Sequence record: DRR723986_9802
Direction: 5' to 3' (one strand)
DNA: 34,227 nt
The notes below the pieces were generated by a model that was not told where the DNA came from, ran no database searches, and saw nothing but the letters and a program-made list of their open reading frames with translations. Position 1 is the first letter of the stretch. Each line of letters opens with the position of its first letter. This document shows, one piece after another, positions 24,711 through 34,227 of the stretch. The translations under genes were made by a program, and so were the position numbers.

Positions 24711-27700
24711 ATGATCAAAATTTCATGCATATATTCCGTTCTGGTTATATTCCTGCTAATAAGTTGTGGCTCTGATCAAAATACTACTAGACAAACACTG
24801 CCAGATTTATCACATCTTCAGCAAACAGTAGACCTAAATACTCATGAGGGATACGCCAATAATCAGCATGATGGTCAAGTTATTTCTCCTATCATTAATG
24901 CTGTGGGAGACACAGTAATTACTGGGAAATCCATTTTTTTAAATGGCTTTGAAAATGAAATCACAGGTGAATTCCGCAGATTACCATTTGAAATGAAATT
25001 CACAGATACCATTAAAAACAATAAACATCTGATACCTGAAATCATCCCATCCCACATATTAACAGCTGAAATGCTGGAAGAAAGTCGATTAAATTCAAAC
25101 CCTACAGATTATCATCTCATAACTACTACAGGCGATACCATAATAACGAACGTTCCTGTTGAAATTGAAGCGGTAGAACAACCATATTATTATACTGAGC
25201 CCATAGATATCCTCGATTTTTCAGTGAATAAAGATGCCACCATGGATGTTCAGTATTTGGACATGGAGCATGGATTAAAATCATCCTACATTAGATCCAT
25301 GTTACACGACAGCAAAGGGCAAATATGGATAGGTTCAGATGGTGCTGGACTAGCAAAATATGATGGAGAGTCCATTGGTTATTTTAACAGTAATGATAAC
25401 CTCACAGAAAACACCCTTTTCTCAATTTTGGAGGACCGAGAAGGGAACATTTGGGCCTCTTCTTTCAGTCAACCTCTTATGAAATTTGATGGAACAAAAT
25501 TTATTACTTATCCCCAGTCAAATGGAATGCCGGACGACTTCATTTTTACGCTTTTTGAAGATTCTAAAGGCAATATATGGTTAGGATCTGGAGGTTTCGG
25601 ACTTACGAGATTTGATGGAGAAAAATTCATTCATTTCTCTAAAAAAGAAGGCCTATCTTCAAATAAAATACATGGCATTTCTGAAGCCAGTAATGGCGAC
25701 ATCCTGGTTTCTACTCTCGGTGGAGGACTGAATATCTTAAATCCAGATCTTATCGGCAAAAAATCTGAAGACCTATTCCAGAAAATTGATGAAACCAATG
25801 GTCTAAGTAATAATTCAGTTCATGACGCCATCATGGATAAAAATGGTGTTATATGGATTGCAACTTATGGTGGCGGACTTTATGAGTATAATGGAAAAGA
25901 GATTAAAAATTATACAGTTGCAACTGGCCTAAGTAGCAATTTCGTTAATGACATTTATGAAGATAAATCTGGTAATATTTGGATAGGAACTTATGCTGGT
26001 GGCCTTAACTTATTTGAACGTGGATCTTCAGTCTCTGGACAATCTAGTTTTACCCATATAGGCGAAGAAGAAGGGCTAAATAACAATATAGTATTGCACA
26101 TTTCAGAAGACAATAGCGGGAGAATATTGATAGGTACTGATGGCGGTGGACTAAATCGACTGACTCCTAATTCTTTCAAAAACTTGACAGAGAAAAGTGG
26201 ACTAGGCATTAAATACATCAACGATATATACGAAGATCAGGATAAAAACTATTGGCTAGCAACTTGGGGAGCCGGTTTAGATTACATTTCAGAAAATAAA
26301 ATATGTCATATTTTACCTGAAAACGAAAGTTTTTCGTCCACTATTTGGGAAATTGCTGAACTTGATAATGGGGAGATTATTTTTGCTACAACAAGAACAG
26401 GATTAATGACCTATGATGGTTCGGGTTTTGAATTCATTTCAGCAGAAAATGGATTACCAGAAAATTTCATTCGATCTGTTTGTCAGGATCAAAGCGGTAC
26501 AATTTGGTTCGGAATGCGAACCAAAGGACTTGGGAAAATCGAAGGAAATAAAATTACATCATACGACAACACAAGTGGTCTTTGTGGGAATGACGTCATG
26601 TACATTTATACTGACATAGATGACAATGTCTGGGTAGGAACACGTGAAGCCGGTGTTAGTAAAATTACTGGTGATAGTATTATTAACTATTCAACAAAGG
26701 AAGGACTAAGTAGCAATGCTGTTTGGTCTATCAATCAGGACAGTAGAGGAAACATGTGGTTTGGCACTGAATCTGGTGGTGCTAATATGTTTGATGGTAA
26801 GAAGTTTACATATTTCAATGAGCATTCAGGACTTCAAACACGATCAGTGCTTTCGATAACTGAAGACCCCAACGGTACCATATGGCTAGGAACGCCGAAT
26901 GGGCTGACCTCAGTGGAGTACGGATCTGCGAATGAAAGCGAACCCTATACGTTTAATATTAAAAATTATAGCAGACAGGACGGATTAAAAGGAACTGACT
27001 TTTACCAAAACAGTTCATTTATTGATTCAGAAAATAATCTATGGCTAGGAACAGGTAAAGGCCTTACCCAGCGAAATATATCAGCATTTAACAATTCCTC
27101 TGCACCGCCTGTACCACAATTAAATTGGGTATCTATAAATGAACAAGTGATTGATTTTAGACATTTGCCTGACAGTTTAGCCAATACAATTCTATTTGAT
27201 GATGTTGCTGCATTTGAAAATTACCCAAGGAACCTCTCAATTCCGTACAATTTCAATCATCTGACTTTTCACTTTTCTGCCATTGAATGGAACGCTCCAC
27301 ATCAAATCCAGTATAGTTTTAGAATTAAAGAATTAAAATCTTCATGGAGTAAACCGACTAAAACCCCTAAAGCAGAATACAGAAACATTCCACCTGGAGA
27401 ATATACTTTTGAGTTTATTACCAGCGGTCAATCTGGAGAGTGGAGTGAGCCTTTTGATTTTAAATTTGAAATAAGACCACCTTGGTGGCAAACAACCACC
27501 GCCCGTATACTATTTGGGTTGGCTGCCTTATTTCTTCTGGTTTTGATATTTAGATGGAGAACCCGACAACTCAAAATTAGACAGAAAATGCTGGTCCAGG
27601 AAGTGAAATCAGCTACCAAAGAAATTAGAGAACAAAAGGCTCAAGTAGAAAAAGCGCATGCCGAAACAGAGAAACAAAAGGAAATAATAGAAGAAAGTCA

Positions 27701-28514
27701 CAAAGAAATTACAGACAGTATAGCGTACGCTAAAAGATTGCAAGACGCCATTCTTCCTTCCTTGACTGAAATCAATAACGGATTCAAAAATAGCTTCGTT
27801 TTATTTCAGCCTAAAGACGTTGTGAGTGGAGATTTCTACTGGTACGAGTCTATCCAATTAGATAATAAAAATGTAAAATATATCGCCGCTGCTGACTGCA
27901 CGGGACACGGTGTTCCTGGGGCACTGGTGAGTGTTGTTTGCTCAAATGCTTTAAACCGATCCTTAAACGAATTTGGCATTCATGAGCCCCACCTAATTTT
28001 AAATAAAGCAAGAGAACTCGTTATTAAAACCTTTGCCAAAAGTGGTGACGGTGTTAAAGATGGTATGGATATTTCACTTTGCAGTATTGAAGGTGATATG
28101 CTCAAATACGCCGGAGCCAATAACCCTATCTGGATAATTAGAGACACTGACAAACTTTCAAATGAACAAAAAGCAGATCCTAAAACTATTGCTGTTGGCG
28201 GTTTATCTTTGATTGAATTTAAACCTGACAAACAACCTGTTGGTATGCAAACTGGAAGTCAAACACCTTTTAATCAAACAGAAATCAAATTGTTTGATGG
28301 TGATTCAATTTATCTTTTCACGGATGGATTTCCTGATCAATTTGGTGGTGAGAAAGGAAAAAAATACAAATACAAACCCTTTAAAAATCTACTTTTAGAA
28401 ATCAATCATCTTGACTTTAAAGATCAAGAAGCTAGCATCTTAAAAGAACTAAATGATTGGAAAGGTGCGCTTGAACAGGTTGATGATGTTTGTGTTATCG
28501 GATTTAGAAAATAA
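24711..28514 (+). CDS. Reg_prop beta-propeller + Y_Y_Y sensor fused to a SpoIIE/RsbU-type PP2C phosphatase
   Basis: Many GL.SN....I.ED..G.IW.GT.GGGL repeats; Y.N.PPGEY.F; PPWW + TM; coiled coil; DSIAYAKRLQ.AILP, PKDVVSGDFYW, AADCTGHGVPGA, DGMD, TDGFPDQFGG, QVDD. N-terminal lipobox-like LLISC. Confidence 0.93.
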   Translation: MIKISCIYSVLVIFLLISCGSDQNTTRQTLPDLSHLQQTVDLNTHEGYANNQHDGQVISPIINAVGDTVITGKSIFLNGFENEITGEFRRLPFEMKFTDTIKNNKHLIPEIIPSHILTAEMLEESRLNSNPTDYHLITTTGDTIITNVPVEIEAVEQPYYYTEPIDILDFSVNKDATMDVQYLDMEHGLKSSYIRSMLHDSKGQIWIGSDGAGLAKYDGESIGYFNSNDNLTENTLFSILEDREGNIWASSFSQPLMKFDGTKFITYPQSNGMPDDFIFTLFEDSKGNIWLGSGGFGLTRFDGEKFIHFSKKEGLSSNKIHGISEASNGDILVSTLGGGLNILNPDLIGKKSEDLFQKIDETNGLSNNSVHDAIMDKNGVIWIATYGGGLYEYNGKEIKNYTVATGLSSNFVNDIYEDKSGNIWIGTYAGGLNLFERGSSVSGQSSFTHIGEEEGLNNNIVLHISEDNSGRILIGTDGGGLNRLTPNSFKNLTEKSGLGIKYINDIYEDQDKNYWLATWGAGLDYISENKICHILPENESFSSTIWEIAELDNGEIIFATTRTGLMTYDGSGFEFISAENGLPENFIRSVCQDQSGTIWFGMRTKGLGKIEGNKITSYDNTSGLCGNDVMYIYTDIDDNVWVGTREAGVSKITGDSIINYSTKEGLSSNAVWSINQDSRGNMWFGTESGGANMFDGKKFTYFNEHSGLQTRSVLSITEDPNGTIWLGTPNGLTSVEYGSANESEPYTFNIKNYSRQDGLKGTDFYQNSSFIDSENNLWLGTGKGLTQRNISAFNNSSAPPVPQLNWVSINEQVIDFRHLPDSLANTILFDDVAAFENYPRNLSIPYNFNHLTFHFSAIEWNAPHQIQYSFRIKELKSSWSKPTKTPKAEYRNIPPGEYTFEFITSGQSGEWSEPFDFKFEIRPPWWQTTTARILFGLAALFLLVLIFRWRTRQLKIRQKMLVQEVKSATKEIREQKAQVEKAHAETEKQKEIIEESHKEITDSIAYAKRLQDAILPSLTEINNGFKNSFVLFQPKDVVSGDFYWYESIQLDNKNVKYIAAADCTGHGVPGALVSVVCSNALNRSLNEFGIHEPHLILNKARELVIKTFAKSGDGVKDGMDISLCSIEGDMLKYAGANNPIWIIRDTDKLSNEQKADPKTIAVGGLSLIEFKPDKQPVGMQTGSQTPFNQTEIKLFDGDSIYLFTDGFPDQFGGEKGKKYKYKPFKNLLLEINHLDFKDQEASILKELNDWKGALEQVDDVCVIGFRK

Positions 28515-28516
28515 GG

Positions 28517-29737
28517 TTACTCGCAAAAACAAGCTTTAGAACCTTTCCCTCCTTTTTCAATTAATTCACCTTTTTCATTGAATTTATATGAAACGTTAGC
28601 TTTCTTAAACTCAATATAATAACTATCCGGCGCGTAATAACTCAGTCCACACAGACATTCATATGCAGGTTTTATAATGGTTTCTCCCGTTAACGTAATT
28701 AATCCATACAGGCCATTCTTCACCACAATGTAGCATTTAAAACTCGGGTCTGATTTTAATCTTGGCCCATCCATTATTGAAGTATAAACATTCGGGATGA
28801 TGGTTTCTAAAGTGGCATTCATTATGCCCCATTTATTGTCTTTTTTGAAAAAATATAAATCCCCCTTCTTTTCAAAAGCTTGGTACTTGGGGCCAATTTG
28901 CTTTAAATCTCGATCAATAAACCACTTGTATTTTTCTGTTTCCACAAAATTAGAATCCGTTATTTCTCGAGGTATCTTATCAAAAATAAATGGCAACACT
29001 ATATTTTCTTTGATGTCGATATATCCTCTTTTTCGGTCTTCACGCATTGCGTAAATATGTTTTTCATCTTCCACGACATAGGATAGTAGACGCCATTTAA
29101 ACGAAACGTGAACTTTCCCTTTATAATCTACAATTCCGTTATATCCTTCTGGTTTGTTCTCTCTTAAAGTCATATAGCCTTTTGAGCTGAAGTGGAAATC
29201 CTCTTGTGAATGATGAGAACTGGCGTATTCAAACTTCACGATTTCCTTTAACTCGGAGTTCAATAGGCCCCAAAAGTATTTATCTGGAGATGCTAGGAAA
29301 GTTCCTTTATAAAGGTCCTTTACAACATATTCTATCGATTCATTTTTAGTGGAATCATTCAAAATGATCTTTGCAGTAGTATCCAATGACCATTGATGAT
29401 TGGTATGGTGAAATCCAAAAAGTTTAGCGTATCCATTTTTAGCTTTTAAATAAGGAACTTCAGAGATTTGAGGTTTTGTTAAACTCCCATCTTTCCCCAT
29501 CAACAACCATTCATTCTCTAATTGAACAGGAACAGGAAATACAATTGGAGTTAAAGCCACAATTTCTTGCGTAGAATCATCCATTTCAGGATTGCACCAA
29601 CATGCTTCAAAAACTCCTTTATTAAGCCCTCCCCCATCTTTAGACTGAAAAATTATTCCTTCTCCATTGGGCACAAATTGTTGTGAAAAGGAAGTACTTC
29701 CGATCAATAGAATCAGTATGGATAAGAGATTTCGCAC
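28517..29737 (-). CDS. WG-repeat-containing exported protein
   Basis: Signal peptide; WGLLNSELKEIV.FEY, RGYID..ENIVLPFIFD, KWGIMN...IIPNVY, LYGLI...GETIIKPAYE repeats. Confidence 0.85.
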   Translation of the reverse strand: MRNLLSILILLIGSTSFSQQFVPNGEGIIFQSKDGGGLNKGVFEACWCNPEMDDSTQEIVALTPIVFPVPVQLENEWLLMGKDGSLTKPQISEVPYLKAKNGYAKLFGFHHTNHQWSLDTTAKIILNDSTKNESIEYVVKDLYKGTFLASPDKYFWGLLNSELKEIVKFEYASSHHSQEDFHFSSKGYMTLRENKPEGYNGIVDYKGKVHVSFKWRLLSYVVEDEKHIYAMREDRKRGYIDIKENIVLPFIFDKIPREITDSNFVETEKYKWFIDRDLKQIGPKYQAFEKKGDLYFFKKDNKWGIMNATLETIIPNVYTSIMDGPRLKSDPSFKCYIVVKNGLYGLITLTGETIIKPAYECLCGLSYYAPDSYYIEFKKANVSYKFNEKGELIEKGGKGSKACFCE

Positions 29738-29757
29738 AAGAGTTTATACTGTTTTTC

Positions 29758-30168
29758 TTAGCTTTTTGTTTCAAGGTATGATTGCAAAATAATGGTCGCA
29801 CTAATTTCATCAACCAGTTCTTTATTTTGTCTTTGCTTTTTTTTCAATCCCGAATCAATCATTGTTTGAAAGGCCATTTTGGACGTAAAGCGTTCGTCAA
29901 TCATTACCACCTCCATATCAAAGGTTGTGCCTAGTTTTTTTCGCAATCCTTTTACGGCAGATGAACTGTGGGTATCCGAACCATCTAAACGCTTTGGCTC
30001 ACCTAGCACAATCTTCTCAACATCATTTTTTAGAAAATAATCCTTTAAAAAATCGAACAAATCGTGGGTTCTCACAGTCGTTAAACCAGATGCAATGATT
30101 TGCAAATCATCCGTAACCGCAATGCCTGTTCTTTTTGTACCGTAATCTAACGCGATAACTTTTGCCAT
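29758..30168 (-). CDS. ruvX: YqgF/RuvX putative pre-16S rRNA nuclease
   Basis: ALDYGTKRTGIAVTD, VLGEP, IDERFTS, VDEISATIILQSYL. Confidence 0.96.
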   Translation of the reverse strand: MAKVIALDYGTKRTGIAVTDDLQIIASGLTTVRTHDLFDFLKDYFLKNDVEKIVLGEPKRLDGSDTHSSSAVKGLRKKLGTTFDMEVVMIDERFTSKMAFQTMIDSGLKKKQRQNKELVDEISATIILQSYLETKS

Positions 30169-32163
30169 TTATTCAACTTTTTTACCCACCAACTCTATGA
30201 TGAGCACAATGGCTCCTGCACCCAATAAAAAGGAAATGCCAGCCGGTAAGCCCAAAGCCGTTGGGATAGTTCCAACTACTACTGCTACTCCACCAACAGT
30301 TAAAGCATAAGGAATTTGCGTGCGAACATGATCAATGTGGTTACAGCCTGAAGCTAAAGACGATAAAATTGTTGTATCAGAAATAGGAGAGCAGTGATCA
30401 CCCAATACCGAACCTGCCAACACGGCGCTTACCGTATTGTAAAAGATTGCCATTGCGTCTGCATGCTCCATTCCAACTTCAGGAGAAGTACAAACTGCCC
30501 AAGCTGCTGGCAAAATGAGTGGATATACTAAGGCCATAGTAGACCATGACGAGCCTGTTGAAAAGGCCACAAATCCAGAGAGGATAAATGTGATTGCTGG
30601 AATGGTCCAGTATGGAATTTCAGAATCATTGAGCACATTGGTTAAAAAGTCCGCGGTATGCATTTCTTCAGTCACCATTGCTAACGCCCATGCAAGAATT
30701 AATATCATTAAGGCCGGCACCATTGTTTTAAAGCCAGCAATTGTGGTTTCAACCGTATCTTTAAGTCCCATTATTTTTTGAGACATGGTCAACATCATTG
30801 CTGCAAACAAAGCCGCGAGAGACGACCAAAGTAGCGCTATATATGAATCTGCAGCACCAATTAAAGTTCCTAACTTTTTGGTAAAAGAATCGATATTCGG
30901 ATCATAATTTGATAACTGTGACCATACCTGCCCCCATCCTGCATCAGCAGCAACCATTCCTTCTGCGGACAGTTCTACAGTTAAGGAAGAAAAACCTGTA
31001 AAGACCAATCCCAAAAGCGTCCCGAATACAATGATTGACACTGGTATCACTGCGTTAAAAGCTCGATACATAATTCCTTTGATTGGCGCAACGTCTTCTA
31101 ATTCTGTTAAGTCACCTGAATTCTCTTCTTCATTGATGACTTCTCCTCCTCTAGCCCGTCTTTCTGCCTTTAACATTGAACCGTAATCTTTGCCTCGATA
31201 CACCAAATAGAAAATGAAAAATAAGGTTAAGATTGGGTAAAATGAGTAAGCCAAACTATTTAAAAAGATGGAATACACACCTTCTGAAATCACTTCTGTT
31301 TCACCGTTGATATTTTCTACTCCTTTTGAAATGTAACCCAGCTCAGCCCCAATCCATGTCGTCACAAATGCAATGGCTGATACAGGTGCTGCAGTTGAAT
31401 CAACAATATAAGCGAGTTTTTCACGAGAAATCTTCAACTTATCAGTTATTGCACGCATAGTATTACCTACAACTAAAGTGTTGGCATAGTCATCAAAGAA
31501 AATTGCTATTCCTAAAAACCACGTTGCCAATTGACCATTACGAGCTGTATTTGCGAATTTGACAATTTTATTGACAATTCCCTGCATACCTCCATTTTTA
31601 GAAATCAAGGCAACAATACCACCAATGATGGTTGAAAAAACTATGACGCTTAAATGCCCGGAATCATTCAATGCTCCAATGATATAGGTGTCAATTATCT
31701 TAAAGAAACCGCTAAAAATCCCAATGAATCCCTCGGCATACATACCCATGATAGCACCACCAAGAAATATTCCGGAGACTAATGAAAATATAACTTCTTT
31801 AAATACTAAAGCAAGAATAATGGCTAATAGCGGCGGCAAAATTGACATCCAAAGCGGAATAAAATTAGGTTCTTCTTTAGAGAAGACAGTGAATCCATCT
31901 AGTTGCAACGGGTGATCACTTGACAGCTCTGGCCAAATGGTAATTTCATCTCCTGATTGTTCGTAATCAAGTGTATCTCCATTTTGAACGAACAACTTTT
32001 CAGCTCCCTGATTTTCAATCTCCTGTGCACTAAAAGTCACTTCACCAGGAATGCCATCAAATACTATGTCCGAATAGCTGACTGTTAATTTATTATCAGC
32101 AAAACAAAAAGTCCCGACTGTTAAAAAAGTAAGTAATAATATAAAGTTGGCTTTTTTAAGCAT
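30169..32163 (-). CDS. Na+/H+ antiporter NhaC-family transporter with N-terminal soluble extension
   Basis: SILPPLLAI.LA, IFFDDYAN, ISREKLAYIVDSTAAP, FSTGSSW, GDHCSPISDTTILSS, HIDHVRTQIPYA. ATG 32163 preferred over TTG 32184. Confidence 0.92.
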   Translation of the reverse strand: MLKKANFILLLTFLTVGTFCFADNKLTVSYSDIVFDGIPGEVTFSAQEIENQGAEKLFVQNGDTLDYEQSGDEITIWPELSSDHPLQLDGFTVFSKEEPNFIPLWMSILPPLLAIILALVFKEVIFSLVSGIFLGGAIMGMYAEGFIGIFSGFFKIIDTYIIGALNDSGHLSVIVFSTIIGGIVALISKNGGMQGIVNKIVKFANTARNGQLATWFLGIAIFFDDYANTLVVGNTMRAITDKLKISREKLAYIVDSTAAPVSAIAFVTTWIGAELGYISKGVENINGETEVISEGVYSIFLNSLAYSFYPILTLFFIFYLVYRGKDYGSMLKAERRARGGEVINEEENSGDLTELEDVAPIKGIMYRAFNAVIPVSIIVFGTLLGLVFTGFSSLTVELSAEGMVAADAGWGQVWSQLSNYDPNIDSFTKKLGTLIGAADSYIALLWSSLAALFAAMMLTMSQKIMGLKDTVETTIAGFKTMVPALMILILAWALAMVTEEMHTADFLTNVLNDSEIPYWTIPAITFILSGFVAFSTGSSWSTMALVYPLILPAAWAVCTSPEVGMEHADAMAIFYNTVSAVLAGSVLGDHCSPISDTTILSSLASGCNHIDHVRTQIPYALTVGGVAVVVGTIPTALGLPAGISFLLGAGAIVLIIELVGKKVE

Positions 32164-32195
32164 GTTCAAAAATAAGAAAAGCAATTGTCTTGCTT

Positions 32196-32786
32196 CTAAT
32201 GTCCTGCGCTAAAAGCTGGAATAAAGATGTTATTAATTGAATCTTTCATCTCAGGCTTAACAAAATGGTTATTTATCTCTTCTACATCCACAGGCTCATA
32301 CTTATTCCCTTGCCATACATGTTTAATTGAAACTACTCCTATGTCTGGATCATCATATCCAATTAACAAATCACTGAAACCTGTAAAAGAGGTGCGCAAT
32401 TCTATCAGGTGACCAAAATATTGATTGACAATTTGAAACTTACCAAGATTCTCTTTGATGATAACAATTTGATGCACTGGTGATCCATATAAGCCCGGAA
32501 TCATCTCCACAATGAAACCTGCGTTCCAATCTTTATTTGGTAAAAAATCAAAGATTCTGAAAAATTCATTAGTACATGGTGGCCGTGAAGTCACGGTATC
32601 GGACAGCGTACAAATTTCAAGTTGATCCATAATTGGAACAACCTCACTTTCAAGAGTTGGATAAGCGTCATCCACAAGCGTTACTTCTGAAACAAAAACG
32701 TCTTTTGGCTCGGGCTCTGAACTTGAAGAATCTTCAGTACAACCCCATAATAATAGACAAAGAAAAGGAATTAGAATTTGCTTCAC
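32196..32786 (-). CDS. Lipoprotein, hypothetical
   Basis: Lipobox LLWGC; GTG start overlaps the upstream TGA (GTGA). Confidence 0.82.
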   Translation of the reverse strand: MKQILIPFLCLLLWGCTEDSSSSEPEPKDVFVSEVTLVDDAYPTLESEVVPIMDQLEICTLSDTVTSRPPCTNEFFRIFDFLPNKDWNAGFIVEMIPGLYGSPVHQIVIIKENLGKFQIVNQYFGHLIELRTSFTGFSDLLIGYDDPDIGVVSIKHVWQGNKYEPVDVEEINNHFVKPEMKDSINNIFIPAFSAGH

Positions 32787-33475
32787 TCCTTGATTTTTTT
32801 GATCGTTCCACCTAATGAAATCTTCTCTTCATAAGCCGAATCTTCTCCCGAAAATTTATAATTAATCGTTCCTCCTGTGGTTACCTGATTAAACATTTTC
32901 TCAGTCGCTTTGCATCTAATATCACCGCCAGCAGACACCTTGCAGGTTAAATCTTTAACCTCTGCGTTTACAGCATCAATTGTTCCTCCTGTGGTAATTT
33001 TGTATTCTGCTGAATTGGCTGAACCTGAAAAATTAATTGAGCCTCCACCGCTAATCATCAAATCAGCAGTTTCACAAGTACTATGAACTCTTACTTTACC
33101 TCCATTTCCAGCATACAATATCAAGTTTTCCGTTTCTATTAAATCTTCGCAGGTTACTAAACATCCTTTTTTAGATTTGAATTCATTAACATCTTTGAAG
33201 TAAACAACAACAGTAATATCACGAACTTTGAAAATATCATTCTTAATTCTAACCTTCAATTCGCCTTTTTTTACTTCAGTAAGAATATCGTCATCTTCAA
33301 TTTCCTCGTCATTATTAGTTACCACAACTTTCTCTTCATCCGATTTTATTAGCTTGGCTTTATAATTACCAATAATTGTGATGGTTGAGAATCCTTCAAC
33401 TTTACGTTCAAATTCACCAGCGTTAACAGTTAAACAGATAGCAAGAAATGCTACAAGAGAAAATAATTTTGTCAT
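32783..33475 (-). CDS. DUF2807 / head GIN domain protein
   Basis: Signal peptide; F..I.I.G...V.L; EVK.GEL.V; repeated ..GG.I.. beta-roll motifs. Confidence 0.88.
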   Translation of the reverse strand: MTKLFSLVAFLAICLTVNAGEFERKVEGFSTITIIGNYKAKLIKSDEEKVVVTNNDEEIEDDDILTEVKKGELKVRIKNDIFKVRDITVVVYFKDVNEFKSKKGCLVTCEDLIETENLILYAGNGGKVRVHSTCETADLMISGGGSINFSGSANSAEYKITTGGTIDAVNAEVKDLTCKVSAGGDIRCKATEKMFNQVTTGGTINYKFSGEDSAYEEKISLGGTIKKIKE

Positions 33476-33488
33476 GATTTGTTGTTTT

Positions 33489-34226
33489 TTATTTTGGAAA
33501 AACTTCCAAAGCTAAATTAACAGATTTTGTGAACTCTTCTGCTATAATAGATGTAGAAATTTGCTGTTCATTGAAGTAAGCCAGCATTCCTTCGGTAGGC
33601 ATATTTCCGGTTAAATCATCTTTTGCCATAGGACAACCACCAAAACCTTTAATTGCTCCGTCAAATCTTCTGCATCCAGCTTCGTATGCTGCCGAAACTT
33701 TTTCATAAACAGAATCAGGAGTTGAGTGCAAATGTGCCCCAAATTCAACATTCGGTAATTCTTGCATTAACCCCGAGAACAAACGGGTAATATTTTGTCT
33801 ATCTGAAACCCCTATGGTATCTCCAAGCGCAAGAATGTCAATTCCCAAGTCTAAATTTAATCTTGAGGCCCACTTTGCCGCTATTTCTAGATCCCAAGGA
33901 TCTCCATAAGGATTTCCAAAGGCCATTGAAATATACACCACCAATTTTTTATTGTTTTGAACACACAGATTTTGAATGACCTCTACTCTTGCAAAAGATT
34001 CTTCAATACTAGAATTGGTGTTTCTTTTTTGAAACGTTTCTGATATTGAAAACGGAAAGCCTAAGTAATTGATTTCTTCAAAACTTGACGCATCATCCGC
34101 TCCTCTTTTATTCGCTACGATAGACAATAACTTAGAATCTGTACTATCCAAGTTTAATTTTGAAAGTACTTCTGCTGTATCTCTCATTTGCGGAATTGCT
34201 TTGGGGGATACAAAACTTCCAAAATC
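33489..34226 (-). CDS. hmgL: Hydroxymethylglutaryl-CoA lyase (5' end outside the window)
   Basis: Frame stays open to the window edge (DFGSFVSPKAIPQMRDT); LGDTIG, GAHLH, GFGGCPMA...GNMPTE. Confidence 0.93.
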   Translation of the reverse strand, partial: DFGSFVSPKAIPQMRDTAEVLSKLNLDSTDSKLLSIVANKRGADDASSFEEINYLGFPFSISETFQKRNTNSSIEESFARVEVIQNLCVQNNKKLVVYISMAFGNPYGDPWDLEIAAKWASRLNLDLGIDILALGDTIGVSDRQNITRLFSGLMQELPNVEFGAHLHSTPDSVYEKVSAAYEAGCRRFDGAIKGFGGCPMAKDDLTGNMPTEGMLAYFNEQQISTSIIAEEFTKSVNLALEVFPK

Positions 34227-34227
34227 A

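Noticed and set aside
29758..30168. RNase H-fold protein as a transposase or TnpB/Cas nuclease
   Set aside because: Size and motifs are those of housekeeping YqgF/RuvX.
1096..32815. Short alternative-frame and antisense ORFs in the track (e.g. 4886-5197, 10574-10813, 12865-13173, 23045-23305, 30515-30781)
   Set aside because: They lie within or largely overlap well-supported genes and have shadow-ORF composition.

Overview
AT-rich bacterial chromosome segment from a Bacteroidota genome. Evidence: type IX secretion (T9SS) type A and type B C-terminal domains, TAnnTTTG -7 promoters and a Reg_prop/Y_Y_Y-SpoIIE sensor; Flavobacteriales is an inference. Bases 1-9.6 kb are an accessory-looking run of short, unrelated, mostly + strand genes (methyltransferase, alpha/beta hydrolase, beta-barrels, lipoproteins, J-domain protein). 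This run also holds a duplicated ~68-bp intergenic element and an unannotated, frameshifted SRPBCC pseudogene. The middle encodes secreted and surface proteins (two type B T9SS cargoes, a TonB-dependent receptor). It also encodes a membrane-anchored winged-helix regulator, divergent from a thioester-domain-like protein / esterase / membrane protein unit. The right end is a housekeeping-type minus-strand operon: HMG-CoA lyase (cut by the window edge), DUF2807, lipoprotein, NhaC-family transporter, ruvX and a WG-repeat protein. I found no rRNA, tRNA, CRISPR array, transposase, integrase or recognisable defence system. The best leads are (1) a reversed-topology one-component regulator with a TTTACA-N4-TTTACA box in two promoters, (2) a possibly circularly permuted thioester-domain protein, (3) a shared CAACTTC...CGTCTT ECF-type promoter on two T9SS cargo genes, (4) the duplicated structured repeat, and (5) a GC-rich GNRA hairpin at the left edge. 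All calls come from reading the sequence by eye; no database searches were run.
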